Below are positions 28,379 to 38,553 of a stretch of 64,000 nt of DNA, piece after piece; position 1 is the stretch's first letter; each line of letters starts with the position of its first letter. Position numbers and translations under genes: made by a program. Origin of the DNA: an uncultured Bacteroidota bacterium (GTDB lineage: Bacteria; Bacteroidota; Bacteroidia; 2-12-FULL-35-15); assembly GCA_903926385.1 (NCBI GenBank), contig CAIYIS010000045.1:173569-237568 (forward strand). Direction: 5' to 3'. The notes beneath the pieces are model-generated. The model did not search any database, was not told the DNA's origin, and was given only the letters and a program-made list of their open reading frames with translations.

Positions 28379-30169
28379 TTAGTCGTTGAGTTTAAGAACG
28401 GCCATAAATGCCGATTGAGGAATTTCTACACTTCCTACCGAGCGCATACGTTTTTTACCTTCTTTTTGTTTTTCCAAAAGTTTTCGTTTACGCGAAATAT
28501 CACCTCCATAACATTTGGCTGTAACATCTTTTCGCATGGCTTTTATGGTTTCGCGCGAAATAATTTTGGCACCAATGGCTGCCTGAATAGGTATTTCGAA
28601 CTGATGACGAGGAATAAGTTCTTTTAGTTTTTCGCACATTTTTTTACCAAATTCATACGCATTGTCGCGGTGAATTAATGACGAAAGTGCATCTACAGGC
28701 TCGCTGTTGAGTAATATATCCAGTTTTACCAAATGGCTGGCACGGTAATCCAACGGTTGATAATCGAAGGATGCATATCCTTTAGAAATGGTTTTCAAAC
28801 GGTCGTAAAAATCGAATACAATTTCGCCCAGAGGCATATCGAACATAAGTTCTACACGGTCGGTGGTAAGGTAAATTTGATTAGTAATGATGCCTCGTTT
28901 GGAAATACAAAGCTTCATAATATTTCCTACAAACTCCGATTTGGTAATCACCTGAGCTTTTATATACGGTTCTTCCACTCTGTCCAGTCGGCTTGGGTCG
29001 GGCAGGTCGGACGGATTGTTTACAATCAGCATTTCGCCAGCCGATGTGTAAGCATGATACGACACATTGGGAACGGTGGTAATTACGGTCATGTTAAACT
29101 CTCGTTCCAGCCTTTCCTGAATAATTTCCATGTGAAGCATACCCAAAAATCCACATCTGAAACCGAATCCGAGAGCCGCAGACGACTCAGGTTCCCAGGT
29201 AAGCGATGCATCATTGAGTTGCAGTTTTTCCATCGAATAACGCAGTTCTTCAAAATCTTCGGTATCTACCGGATAAATACCGGCAAACACCATGGGTTTA
29301 ACATCCTCAAAACCCTGAATACCGTCTTCGCATGGATTGTTAACTGTAGTAATAGTGTCGCCCACTTTAACCTCGCGGGCATCTTTTATTCCCGAAATAA
29401 TATAACCTACATCTCCTGTTTTTACACTGGGGCGAGGTTCCTGCTTAAGGCGCAACACACCTATTTCGTCAGCACTATATTCTTTCTGTGTATTTACAAA
29501 TTTTACTTTATCTCCTTTTTTAATGGTTCCGTTTATTACTTTGTAATAAGCAATAATTCCTCTGAAGGAATTGTAAACCGAATCGAAAATAAGTGCCTGA
29601 AGCGGTGCATCGGGAACTCCTTTAGGAGCAGGAATACGGTTAACAATGGCTTCGAGTATGTCGTACACACCTATTCCTGTTTTGCCGGAGGCGGCAATAA
29701 TCTCTTCACGTTTACAGCCCAGCAGTTCCACTATCTGGTCTTTTACCGCTTCGGGTTCTGCACTTGGCAAATCTATCTTGTTCATCACCGGAATAATTTC
29801 CAGGTCGTTGCCCAATGCCAGATAAAGATTAGAGATGGTTTGTGCCTGAATGCCCTGTGCAGCATCCACTATAAGCAAAGCTCCTTCGCAGGCAGCTATG
29901 GAACGCGATACCTCGTACGAAAAATCTACGTGACCGGGTGTGTCAATCAAATTCAGCACGTATTTTACACCGTTCAGTTCATAGTCCATCTGAATGGCAT
30001 GACTCTTAATGGTGATGCCTCTTTCTTTTTCCAGATCCATATCGTCAAGCACCTGAGCTTGCATATCGCGCTTGCTGATGGTATTGGTATACTCCAAAAG
30101 GCGGTCGGCAAGGGTGCTTTTCCCGTGGTCTATATGAGCTATGATACAAAAATTTCTGATGTTCTCCAT
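28379..30169 (-). CDS. lepA: Elongation factor 4
   Basis: [41 protein letters not shown] and [24 protein letters not shown]. Confidence 0.99.
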   Translation of the reverse strand: MENIRNFCIIAHIDHGKSTLADRLLEYTNTISKRDMQAQVLDDMDLEKERGITIKSHAIQMDYELNGVKYVLNLIDTPGHVDFSYEVSRSIAACEGALLIVDAAQGIQAQTISNLYLALGNDLEIIPVMNKIDLPSAEPEAVKDQIVELLGCKREEIIAASGKTGIGVYDILEAIVNRIPAPKGVPDAPLQALIFDSVYNSFRGIIAYYKVINGTIKKGDKVKFVNTQKEYSADEIGVLRLKQEPRPSVKTGDVGYIISGIKDAREVKVGDTITTVNNPCEDGIQGFEDVKPMVFAGIYPVDTEDFEELRYSMEKLQLNDASLTWEPESSAALGFGFRCGFLGMLHMEIIQERLEREFNMTVITTVPNVSYHAYTSAGEMLIVNNPSDLPDPSRLDRVEEPYIKAQVITKSEFVGNIMKLCISKRGIITNQIYLTTDRVELMFDMPLGEIVFDFYDRLKTISKGYASFDYQPLDYRASHLVKLDILLNSEPVDALSSLIHRDNAYEFGKKMCEKLKELIPRHQFEIPIQAAIGAKIISRETIKAMRKDVTAKCYGGDISRKRKLLEKQKEGKKRMRSVGSVEIPQSAFMAVLKLND

Positions 30170-30209
30170 TATTCTTTTCTTTCTAAAGGGGTGCGAAGGT
30201 AATCAAAAA

Positions 30210-30289
30210 GTTCATTGGTTGAGTAGTTCACTTATTCGAATGTTCTATTGTTCATCTGTTCTATGGTTTCAATTGCATGATATTCTATT
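30210..30289. repeat. Degenerate 8-bp tandem repeats between the divergent lepA and metF promoters
   Basis: gttcattg gttgagta gttcactt attcgaat gttctatt gttcatct gttctatg gtttcaat tgcatgat attctatt. Confidence 0.6.
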
Positions 30290-30361
30290 CTTCCTTTTAC
30301 CGTATCACCAAATTGTTTTATTCTTACTTTTGCAACCGTTTTATAAAAAACAAAACACAAA

Positions 30362-31315
30362 ATGAAAGTAATAGACCATATCAATCAGGCCAAATCAACC
30401 TTGTTTTCTATCGAAATACTTCCTCCCCTGAAAGGGAAAAGTATTCAATCTATTTTCGATGGTATCGACCCATTGATGGAATTCAAACCTTCGTTTGTTG
30501 ATGTTACCTATCACCGCGAAGAATACATTTACAAAAAACGCGAAGGAGGATATCTGGAAAAAGTGAGTATTCGCAAACGTCCCGGAACGGTGGGCATTTG
30601 TGCTGCCATTATCAATAAATATCATGTAGACACAGTGCCGCATATTATCTGCGGAGGATTTAGCCGCGAAGAAACCGAAAATGCACTTATCGATTTACAG
30701 TTTTTGGGAATAGATAATGTACTTGCTTTACGTGGCGACAGTATTAAGAGCGAACCCGAATTTGTTCCGGAACCCAATGGTCATGCCTATGCCATCGACC
30801 TGGTGAAACAAGTAAAACAAATGAATAACGGACGTTATATGGAAAACGACCTGGAAGATGTGGCTCATACTAATTTCTGTGTTGGGGTGGCAGGTTATCC
30901 CGAAAAACACTTCGAAGCTCCCAACATGATTTCGGATATGAAACATTTGAAAGCTAAAATTGATGCAGGTGCCGAATACATCGTTACTCAAATGTTTTTT
31001 GATAATGCACATTACTTTAATTTTGTAAATAAATGTCGAGAGATGGGTATTACAGTGCCTATTATTCCGGGATTAAAAATAATGACCACAAAAAAACAAA
31101 CTACCTTTTTGCCTAAAATATTTAAGATAGATGTTCCTCAGCCTTTGCTCGAACAAATAGATAAATGCAAAACAGATGAGCAGGTTAAAGAAGTAGGCAT
31201 AGCTTGGTGTATAGAGCAATCTAAAGAATTGATAAAAGCCAAAGCCCCATGTTTGCATTATTACACCATGGGAACTTCTGAAGCTACCCGCAGAGTGGCC
31301 AGCAAAGTGTTTTAG
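30362..31315 (+). CDS. metF: Methylenetetrahydrofolate reductase
   Basis: SIEILPP, LALRGD, VAGYPEKH, KIDAGAEYIVTQMFFD and LHYYTM; TACTTTTG box at 30325-30332. Confidence 0.96.
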   Translation: MKVIDHINQAKSTLFSIEILPPLKGKSIQSIFDGIDPLMEFKPSFVDVTYHREEYIYKKREGGYLEKVSIRKRPGTVGICAAIINKYHVDTVPHIICGGFSREETENALIDLQFLGIDNVLALRGDSIKSEPEFVPEPNGHAYAIDLVKQVKQMNNGRYMENDLEDVAHTNFCVGVAGYPEKHFEAPNMISDMKHLKAKIDAGAEYIVTQMFFDNAHYFNFVNKCREMGITVPIIPGLKIMTTKKQTTFLPKIFKIDVPQPLLEQIDKCKTDEQVKEVGIAWCIEQSKELIKAKAPCLHYYTMGTSEATRRVASKVF

Positions 31316-31372
31316 TACTTCTAAATAAGGAGCGCTATTTAGGAGAATCTATATCAATAAAAGTGTAGTTAC

Positions 31373-32248
31373 CTAAAAATTCCTCAACCGTCCAAACACC
31401 CCCAATGGCAAAACCGGCCCATTGGTAGATGGAAGAAACAACTCTCCAATGGTTAAATTTTGATTGGCTTTTGGATGAAGCAGATTTTGAATAATGAGTG
31501 AGGAAAACCCTAATGAATATGCATTAAGAATTAAAAAATGTTCTGTCGGGTCGAGTAGAGTGAGCACACCTTTCATCATTTCGTTAATATTATCTTCAAG
31601 CTTCCACTTTTCTCCATTCGGGCCATGCCCAAATGCAGGAGGATCCAGAATAATTCCATTATACAAGTTGCCTCTTTTTTCTTCACGCTTCACAAACTTC
31701 AGCGCATCTTCCACCACCCAACGTATATCAGTAAGTTTGCTAAGCTCCATGTTTTCCTTACTCCAGGTTACCACTTGCTTTATTGAATCCACATGTGTTA
31801 CATCGGCACCCGCTGCTTTAGCGGCCAAAGATGCACCGCCTGTATAGGCAAACAAATTAAGAATACGTGGTCGGGGAGTTTGCATTTTCTTTATCGAATC
31901 GTAAATATAATCCCAGTTGCTGGCTTGTTCCGGGAAAATACCAACATGCTTAAACGAAGTTAAAGCGAGTCTAAATGAAATATGATGTTCCGTATTAGCC
32001 AACTGATAATTGATATTCCAACGGTCTGGCATTGGCTTAAGCTTTTTCCATTCGCCTGACGAACTTGATTTGGGCACAAATCGAATGTGCGCCATTTTAT
32101 CCCACTCGGCAGTAGTCATCGCTTTATCCCATACGGCTTGCGGTTCCGGACGAATGGTAATATAGGAGCCAAACCTTTCGAGCTTTTCGAAGCCGCCCAC
32201 ATCAATCAGTTCATAATCTTTGAAATTTTGAGGAGAGAGAATTTGCAT
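31373..32248 (-). CDS. Class I SAM-dependent methyltransferase (RlmI/RlmK-like)
   Basis: KHVGIFPEQASNW, LNLFAYTGG and GIILDPPAFG. Confidence 0.88.
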   Translation of the reverse strand: MQILSPQNFKDYELIDVGGFEKLERFGSYITIRPEPQAVWDKAMTTAEWDKMAHIRFVPKSSSSGEWKKLKPMPDRWNINYQLANTEHHISFRLALTSFKHVGIFPEQASNWDYIYDSIKKMQTPRPRILNLFAYTGGASLAAKAAGADVTHVDSIKQVVTWSKENMELSKLTDIRWVVEDALKFVKREEKRGNLYNGIILDPPAFGHGPNGEKWKLEDNINEMMKGVLTLLDPTEHFLILNAYSLGFSSLIIQNLLHPKANQNLTIGELFLPSTNGPVLPLGVFGRLRNF

Positions 32249-32283
32249 GAATATCGATTTAAGAATTTAACAGAAGGGATATA

Positions 32284-32604
32284 CTATTCTTTAGTAGTAT
32301 CTTTTATTACTTTTCCTTCGTCTTTGAGAGCAGTTGATACATCATCTATTTGTTTTTTCATGCTGTCGCCTGCTTGTTTCAGTTCCGAATGAATGTCAGA
32401 GGTATGTTTATCCATCTCTTCTTTAAAAGCCGAAGTAGATTTCTGAATTTCGTTTTGTATTTGCTCTTTGGCATCGTTTATCTGACGTATACCTTTACCC
32501 AATCCTTTTGCTATTTCAGGAAGTTTGTCCGACCCGAAAAACAAAATGATAACCAGTACCACTATAAATACTTCGCCACCGCCCAGATTAAGAAATAATA
32601 ACAT
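32284..32604 (-). CDS. tatA: Twin-arginine translocase TatA/B-family subunit
   Basis: GGGEVFIVVLVIILFFGSDKLPEIAKGLGKGIRQ. Confidence 0.9.
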   Translation of the reverse strand: MLLFLNLGGGEVFIVVLVIILFFGSDKLPEIAKGLGKGIRQINDAKEQIQNEIQKSTSAFKEEMDKHTSDIHSELKQAGDSMKKQIDDVSTALKDEGKVIKDTTKE

Positions 32605-32610
32605 TAATGA

Positions 32611-32642
32611 AAATTATAAAATGTGAATTATAAATTATGAAT
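32611..32642. repeat. 7-bp tandem tract in the tatA leader
   Basis: aaattat aaaatgt gaattat aaattat gaat. Confidence 0.55.
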
Positions 32643-32682
32643 GTTTCAAAATTTGAATTTCGTTTGCAAAAGTACAGAAAAA

Positions 32683-32716
32683 ACAAAGCCCGATAACTAT
32701 TATTATCGGGCTTTGT
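32683..32716 (-). terminator. Terminator after secDF
   Basis: acaaagcccgataa-ctatta-ttatcgggctttgt with an A-tract on the left. Confidence 0.85.
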
Positions 32717-32717
32717 A

Positions 32718-32747
32718 TAATCCTAAATCCTGAATCCAAAAATCCTA
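32718..32747. repeat. 7-bp tandem tract at the secDF stop codon
   Basis: taatcct aaatcct gaatcca aaaatcct. Confidence 0.55.
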
Positions 32748-35700
32748 ATTGATTTCCCCTCCTGATTTTGCGTCTTCTTTTTCTTTTTCAAAATCGATTA
32801 CAATTGGTGTTGCAATACAGATAGAAGAATAAGTACCGATAACAATACCAATCAACAATGCAAACGAGAAGCCTCTGATGGTTTCTCCACCGAAAATAAA
32901 GATAGCCGCCAATACAAAGAAGATAGTTAACGAAGTATTGATAGTACGACTTAATGTACTATTCAATGCATAGTTAATAATTTCAACACGTTCGTTTTTG
33001 TGTAAATCTGTTTTGTTCTTTTCTGTCAGATATTCACGAATTCTGTCGAACACAACCACGGTATCCGTCATCGAGTAACTCATAACGGTTAAGATAGCCG
33101 CGATGAAATCCTGAGTAATCTCTAACGAGAAAGGTAAAATACCATCGAAAATTACAAATATGGAAAGCACCATAAGCACATCGTGGAACAAAGCCACCAC
33201 AGCACCCAATCCATATTGCCATTTTTTGAATCGAATAAAGATAAACATAAACATCACCAAACACGAAAGTAATACCGCCCACACCGCTTTCGATTTAATA
33301 TCGCGCGACACAGTTTCTCCAACCTTTTGCGAACTCACCACTTTGTGATTTGTTTTAAGTGTTGTTAAACCTTCTTCAAGTTTAGACTCCACTTTTTGTT
33401 CTGCATCTTCACTTCCATCTCCTATTAAATAAGTAGTAGTGATACGCAATTGAGTATTTTCTCCGTATGTTTTTACTTCTGGTGCTTCCCCGAAACTTTT
33501 GGTTAATGCATCACGAACAGCCTCCGGAGTTTCCACGTTATCAAAACGAACCACATACGAACGACCTCCTTTAAAATCTACACCTAGAGTAAATCCTCCT
33601 TTAGTTATATAAGCAACAATACCGCAAATGATGATTGCACTTGAGAATATATAGTACCATTTTCGTTTAGCAACAAAGTTGATGTTGATTTTTTTGAACG
33701 CTCCGGCAGTATATTTATTATCAAAACTAATTGTTTTGTTTTTGCTCAACCAACGATCAAAAATTAAACGAGTGATAAAGATAGCACAGAACAAAGATGA
33801 AATGATACCTATTATTAAGGTAGTAGCAAACCCTTGAATTGGCCCTGTACCGAATACATATAATATAATACCTAATAATAAACCGGTAACGTGAGAATCG
33901 ATAACCGATGACATCGCATTACGGTAACCTTCTTTTATGGCCAGACCCGTTGCCTTACCCATAGCAAGCTCTTCCCTTACACGCTCAAAAATTAGAATGT
34001 TTGCATCCACCGACATCGCTATGGTTAATACGATACCTGCAATTCCCGGTAAGGTTAACACCGCACTAAACGAGGCGAGAATTCCTACCACAAAGAAGTT
34101 ATTAATAACCATCGCAAAATCGGCAACCCAACCTGCTTTATTATAATATAAGCCCATAAACATGAACACAACGATCAACGCTATAGCAATGGATTTCCAC
34201 CCCCTCGAAACAGCTTCCTGACCTAATGTTGCACCCACAACTACTTCCTGAACAATACGAGCTGGAGCTGGTAATTTACCTGCTTTTAATATGTTTACTA
34301 AGTCTTTTGCTTCGTCTTGTGTAAACTGACCGGTGATAGAAGAACTTCCTCCCGAAATTTCGTTTTGAACTGTTGGGAACGAATAAACACTGTTATCAAG
34401 TACAATCGCAACCGATTTTCCAATGTTTGCTTTTGTTAAATTTTTCCAAACAATAGAAGCTTCAGATGTCATGTTCATCGAAATCTGAGGAGTTCCTCCA
34501 CCTGCTTGTTCATAAACCACACGTGCATCAGTAATGATATCGCCATAAAGCGGAGATTTACCATCTTTACGAGTTACGTGAATAGCTACTAATTGTAAGA
34601 ATGTTTCTTCCTTATCTATCGCTTTAAATGTCCAGAAGAATTTCATGTTAGGGAACAAGGCTTTAATTTTAGCCATGCGTAAAAATTCATTTACTTTTCC
34701 TGTATCTTTTATAGCACTGTAACCAATCACCGGTCCTGAACCTAATTCCTGTTGCCCTTGAGCATTACGGTTAGTAGATGGAGTTAATACTGCAAATAAC
34801 GGATTCTCTCTTCTTAACTTAGCAATAGTATCAGCTTTAGTAGCTCCGCCTTTTTTAGCTGTATCATTGGTTTTAGTTAAGCCCAATTGTTTATCCAACG
34901 ATTTTGCTGAATCTGCTTTTGGTTTATCAGCATCCGTTTTAGCAACGTCTTTCTTGTTTTTATCTTCTTTACCAACTTTTTTCTTATCGTCTTTTTTCTT
35001 ATCCGCTTTTTTGTCGTCCTTTTTATCGTCTACTTTTGCAACAGCAGCTGTATCCGACTTTTTAGTAGAATCTTCAGGAGATAAGATTTCTTTCAAACGG
35101 GTATTTGCTTTTTCTAAAATCGGGTAAATTTCTTTGTTATCATACGTTTCCCAGAACTCCAGATTAGCCGTTCCTTGTAATAGTTTACGGATACGGTTTT
35201 TATCAGTTACCCCCGGCAACTCAATTAATATACGTCCCGAAGAAGCCAAACGCTGAATGTTAGGTTGTGTTACCCCAAACTTGTCGATACGTGCACGCAA
35301 TGTATTTTCTGATGTAGAAATAGCATCCTCTACTCTTTCGCGAATAAATTTCAACACCTCTTCGTCCGAAGTGCTCATATCTATTTTACCTTTCAATTCA
35401 ATGGTCAAAAAGTTAATCGCCAGTTTTGCACTTGGATTAATTTTGTGGAACTCTTCACCAAAAATAGTTACATAATCTTTAGTAGAAGTTTTAATCAACT
35501 CATTGGCTTTAGTTATTGCCTGTACAAAAGTAGGGTCGTTGCTGTTATTCGATAAACCACGGATAATTTCACCAACCGATACCTCAAGGGTAACGTTCAT
35601 ACCACCTTTTAAGTCAAGACCTAAGTTTAACTGACGTTTTTTAACATCATCATACGTATATTCAGTAATGAATAAGTTATAAACTACCTTCTTTTTTAAC

Positions 35701-35939
35701 GAATCAAGGTAAAAGTTCTTTTTATAATTAAGAACTGAGTCCAGCCATGTGTTTTTTTCTGCCTCATTTGTGGTAGCAGTTGTTGCCGATTTCTGAACAT
35801 TGGTTTGATTAATGAAATTGGTTGCATAAGCATCCGCATCTTTTACTATGTTGTTTGCAACATAAGTAAACATTAAATAATAAGCACAAGCTAGAGTGAG
35901 TAAAATGGCAAACAGCCTGATAGCGCCTTTGTTTTGCAT
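32745..35939 (-). CDS. secDF: Protein translocase subunit SecDF
   Basis: LGLDLKGG, DANILIFERVREE, LGVDFKGG, DTVVVFDRIRE and TLSRTINTS. Confidence 0.98.
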   Translation of the reverse strand: MQNKGAIRLFAILLTLACAYYLMFTYVANNIVKDADAYATNFINQTNVQKSATTATTNEAEKNTWLDSVLNYKKNFYLDSLKKKVVYNLFITEYTYDDVKKRQLNLGLDLKGGMNVTLEVSVGEIIRGLSNNSNDPTFVQAITKANELIKTSTKDYVTIFGEEFHKINPSAKLAINFLTIELKGKIDMSTSDEEVLKFIRERVEDAISTSENTLRARIDKFGVTQPNIQRLASSGRILIELPGVTDKNRIRKLLQGTANLEFWETYDNKEIYPILEKANTRLKEILSPEDSTKKSDTAAVAKVDDKKDDKKADKKKDDKKKVGKEDKNKKDVAKTDADKPKADSAKSLDKQLGLTKTNDTAKKGGATKADTIAKLRRENPLFAVLTPSTNRNAQGQQELGSGPVIGYSAIKDTGKVNEFLRMAKIKALFPNMKFFWTFKAIDKEETFLQLVAIHVTRKDGKSPLYGDIITDARVVYEQAGGGTPQISMNMTSEASIVWKNLTKANIGKSVAIVLDNSVYSFPTVQNEISGGSSSITGQFTQDEAKDLVNILKAGKLPAPARIVQEVVVGATLGQEAVSRGWKSIAIALIVVFMFMGLYYNKAGWVADFAMVINNFFVVGILASFSAVLTLPGIAGIVLTIAMSVDANILIFERVREELAMGKATGLAIKEGYRNAMSSVIDSHVTGLLLGIILYVFGTGPIQGFATTLIIGIISSLFCAIFITRLIFDRWLSKNKTISFDNKYTAGAFKKININFVAKRKWYYIFSSAIIICGIVAYITKGGFTLGVDFKGGRSYVVRFDNVETPEAVRDALTKSFGEAPEVKTYGENTQLRITTTYLIGDGSEDAEQKVESKLEEGLTTLKTNHKVVSSQKVGETVSRDIKSKAVWAVLLSCLVMFMFIFIRFKKWQYGLGAVVALFHDVLMVLSIFVIFDGILPFSLEITQDFIAAILTVMSYSMTDTVVVFDRIREYLTEKNKTDLHKNERVEIINYALNSTLSRTINTSLTIFFVLAAIFIFGGETIRGFSFALLIGIVIGTYSSICIATPIVIDFEKEKEDAKSGGEIN

Positions 35940-36212
35940 AATTTTTTAAATTAAATTGTTTAGTGTCGAATTAGTTAAATATGGTATACCTTCATTTTTT
36001 ACCACATCGTTTTCATTCATTATATCTCCCATTTTTTAATTTGGGGGTGCAAATATAGAATAAAACAATTAATATTTACCAAATTTCTGTTTTTTATGGA
36101 CTTTTAATAGTGGTATTACTAAATTGTTAAATGTTTTTTAATCAACTTTAACATCTGCATTCATTGCGTATTCATTTATGTACTAACTTGCACCTCCATA
36201 AACAACTATATA

Positions 36213-36668
36213 ATGGACACACATCAACCTTCAACCCTTCACGAAATCAGAAAGAACCGTAAACCGATTCGAAACATCAATATCGAAAGTAAACAAAAAT
36301 TAAGTAAGTTAGACAAACTCGCAGTTTGGATTACCGACCATGTCGGCACTATGGGATTCTTTATAATTATCTTCATCTGGACAGCCCTTTGGCTCGGGTG
36401 GAATGCCTTAGCTCCTGTCCAAATGCGCTTCGACCCCTTTCCGGCATTTGTACTTTGGCTCTTTTTGTCTAATATGATTCAAATTTTCCTTATGCCCCTA
36501 ATTATGATTGGGCAAAACCTACAATCCAACCATTCCGAAGCCCGAGCCGAAGCCGACTATGAAGTAAACACCAAAGCCGAAAAAGAAATAGAAACCATAC
36601 TCATGCACCTCGAAAACCAAAACAAGCTCATTATGCAAATTCTCGAACGCATCGAAAAGAAAAATTAA
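36213..36668 (+). CDS. DUF1003-like membrane protein
   Basis: Two transmembrane helices, FDPFPAFVLWL...PLIMIGQN, and a RAEADYEVN coiled tail. Confidence 0.8.
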   Translation: MDTHQPSTLHEIRKNRKPIRNINIESKQKLSKLDKLAVWITDHVGTMGFFIIIFIWTALWLGWNALAPVQMRFDPFPAFVLWLFLSNMIQIFLMPLIMIGQNLQSNHSEARAEADYEVNTKAEKEIETILMHLENQNKLIMQILERIEKKN

Positions 36669-36686
36669 AATAAGTTCAGACGGATG

Positions 36687-37013
36687 TTACTTTAAACGTT
36701 TAGCTCGCACCGGAGAAAATAGTTTCGAAGGTTTTTGAGATGTGTGAAATACTCTTGAAATAACTACTTTGTGCGGACTAACTCTGTAAATGATTTTATA
36801 ACTCCATACCACCAAATAGCGATATTCTCTTTTCTTATGTTTGAGGAGGGGTTCAACTTGTCCAATTTTCGGATGTTTTTCTAAACCAATTACCGAATAC
36901 AATATTTTTTGTAAAACCAACTCTGCGTAAAAGGTGCCCTGCTCTTTCTGTATATATTTTACAGCCCTTTCAAGTTGATTAGTGGCTAATTTAGTCCAAA
37001 TTACTTCAACCAT
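36687..37013 (-). CDS. Type II toxin, RelE/ParE family
   Basis: VIWTKLA...YI...HPKIG...YRYLVVWSYKIIYRV...VFHTSQKP; overlaps the upstream small gene. Confidence 0.88.
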   Translation of the reverse strand: MVEVIWTKLATNQLERAVKYIQKEQGTFYAELVLQKILYSVIGLEKHPKIGQVEPLLKHKKREYRYLVVWSYKIIYRVSPHKVVISRVFHTSQKPSKLFSPVRAKRLK

Positions 37014-37192
37014 TTTTTAGACTTTTTAACCACTGTATCATGAGTATACACCTCGCCCCTTTTTTCCTGCTCTTCCGATGCTTCTATATCTGCCAGCAAT
37101 GCCAGTTGTGCATACACCTCTTCAAGCGTGGTCGAAGAGTTCACCCTGTTTGCAATTTCTAAAAGCGATTGCTTAATTTTTATTCCACTCAT
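37001..37192 (-). CDS. Putative antitoxin
   Basis: 63 aa with IEASEEQEKRGEVYTHD..KK..KW, overlapping the toxin start; TATCTTTG box at 37211-37218 on the minus strand. Confidence 0.8.
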   Translation of the reverse strand: MSGIKIKQSLLEIANRVNSSTTLEEVYAQLALLADIEASEEQEKRGEVYTHDTVVKKSKKWLK

Positions 37193-37228
37193 TGTTTTTA
37201 TTTTTTTTTACAAAGATAAGTTTTTTCT

Positions 37229-37319
37229 TTTTCAACACAGAGGCCACTAAGCAAAAAAGAGTTTCACAGAAATTATACTCTGCGAAACTCTTTTCTCTCT
37301 GCGTTCTCTGTGTTGAAAA
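37229..37319. repeat. Nested inverted repeat of about 90 bp
   Basis: Outer arms ttttcaacacagag / ctctgtgttgaaaa are perfect over 14 bp; inner arms aaaagagtttcacaga / tctgcgaaactctttt match 15 of 16. Confidence 0.8.
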
Positions 37320-37320
37320 C

Positions 37321-37547
37321 CCTCACTCCACCACCATCTTCTTATTCACCACATTCTTCTTTTCATCCGTTATCCTCACCAAATAAACCCCTGCTCTCAT
37401 TTCACCTTTTTCTATCACACATTGTTTACCCGTAACGTTTACAGTTTTTATTTCTTTACCCAACAAATCAGTTATTTTTACAATTGTGTTTTTTTGTTCA
37501 TCGCTAAAGGTAATGGTGGTCTCAGATGTGAAGGGGTTGGGAGAGAT
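37321..37547. repeat. Direct repeat copy A (T9SS CTD coding region)
   Basis: Ungapped alignment with 38554-38780 gives 13 mismatches in 227 bp. Confidence 0.95.
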
Positions 37548-38510
37548 TATTAATGATGAAGAATTATAGATTTCATCTATTCCGGCTGTCATTTCACTTA
37601 TAAGCCGGAACCAAACTCCATTCCCGGAAACACCTGCATATACTGTATCTCCAACTATTGCTAGAGAAGAAACGTTCTGGCCTGAAGGCAAACCTGCAAA
37701 TTCAGATACCCATGAGGTGGCATTGTTAGTAGATAAATAAAAATCATTATAGACCCCTGCTACTACATCTGTTCCGCTTGCTGCTAGCGATGCAATATTA
37801 GTATTGGTAATTCCATTTATAACATTATTCCAACTTGCTCCGTTGTTGGTTGATAAATACACACCACCCATATTTGACGTAAATATATTTGATCCACTTA
37901 CTACAATGGGCCAAATTGCACCAAATTGTGACAATCCGTTGCCGCTTGCATACCAGCTATTGCCGCTGTTAGTAGTTTTATACACCCCGCAACCATACAG
38001 TGCTGTATAAATATCAGTTCCTTTTACTGCTAAAGCCTGAACAAAATGAGCTGGGTTACCAACGTTACACAAACCAGTTGCAGCACTTATCCAACTTCCT
38101 CCATTATTGGATGATTTAAACATTGTACCCTGATTGGTTCCCGCAAAAATATCACTTCCGCTTATAGTTAATGCTGTTACATAAAGATCAGTTAAGCCAC
38201 TATTTACAGGACTCCAGCTTGCGCCATTATTGGTTGATAAAAACACACCTACATTGGTACCCGCAAAAACATTGGAATTACTGATAACTATTGTATTTAT
38301 GCTAGTGGTTGTTAAGCCGGTATTCACAGCACTCCATGTTATTCCGTTATTCGTTGATAAATAGATACCCGCATTTGTGCCTGCAAATATACTTTGCCCT
38401 GAGTGGGAAATGCAACTAACCTGCTGTGTAGTTAACGTTGTTTGCTGCCATTGAGCCATACTTACCGTTGCATAAAATGCAATTGTTGCTGTCAATATTA
38501 TTTTTTTCAT
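37323..38510 (-). CDS. T9SS type-A cargo with BNR/Asp-box beta-propeller
   Basis: Signal peptide, repeated FAGT..GVYLSTNNGASW units, and a CTD (ISPNPF...GVYLVRI...KKMVVE). Confidence 0.9.
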   Translation of the reverse strand: MKKIILTATIAFYATVSMAQWQQTTLTTQQVSCISHSGQSIFAGTNAGIYLSTNNGITWSAVNTGLTTTSINTIVISNSNVFAGTNVGVFLSTNNGASWSPVNSGLTDLYVTALTISGSDIFAGTNQGTMFKSSNNGGSWISAATGLCNVGNPAHFVQALAVKGTDIYTALYGCGVYKTTNSGNSWYASGNGLSQFGAIWPIVVSGSNIFTSNMGGVYLSTNNGASWNNVINGITNTNIASLAASGTDVVAGVYNDFYLSTNNATSWVSEFAGLPSGQNVSSLAIVGDTVYAGVSGNGVWFRLISEMTAGIDEIYNSSSLIISPNPFTSETTITFSDEQKNTIVKITDLLGKEIKTVNVTGKQCVIEKGEMRAGVYLVRITDEKKNVVNKKMVVE

Positions 38511-38553
38511 ATCTGTTTTTATTTATAATTAATAATTCATCATTTATAATTTC

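Noticed and set aside
28733-30202. 489-aa + strand ORF
   Set aside because: It is an antisense shadow of lepA with no recognisable motifs.
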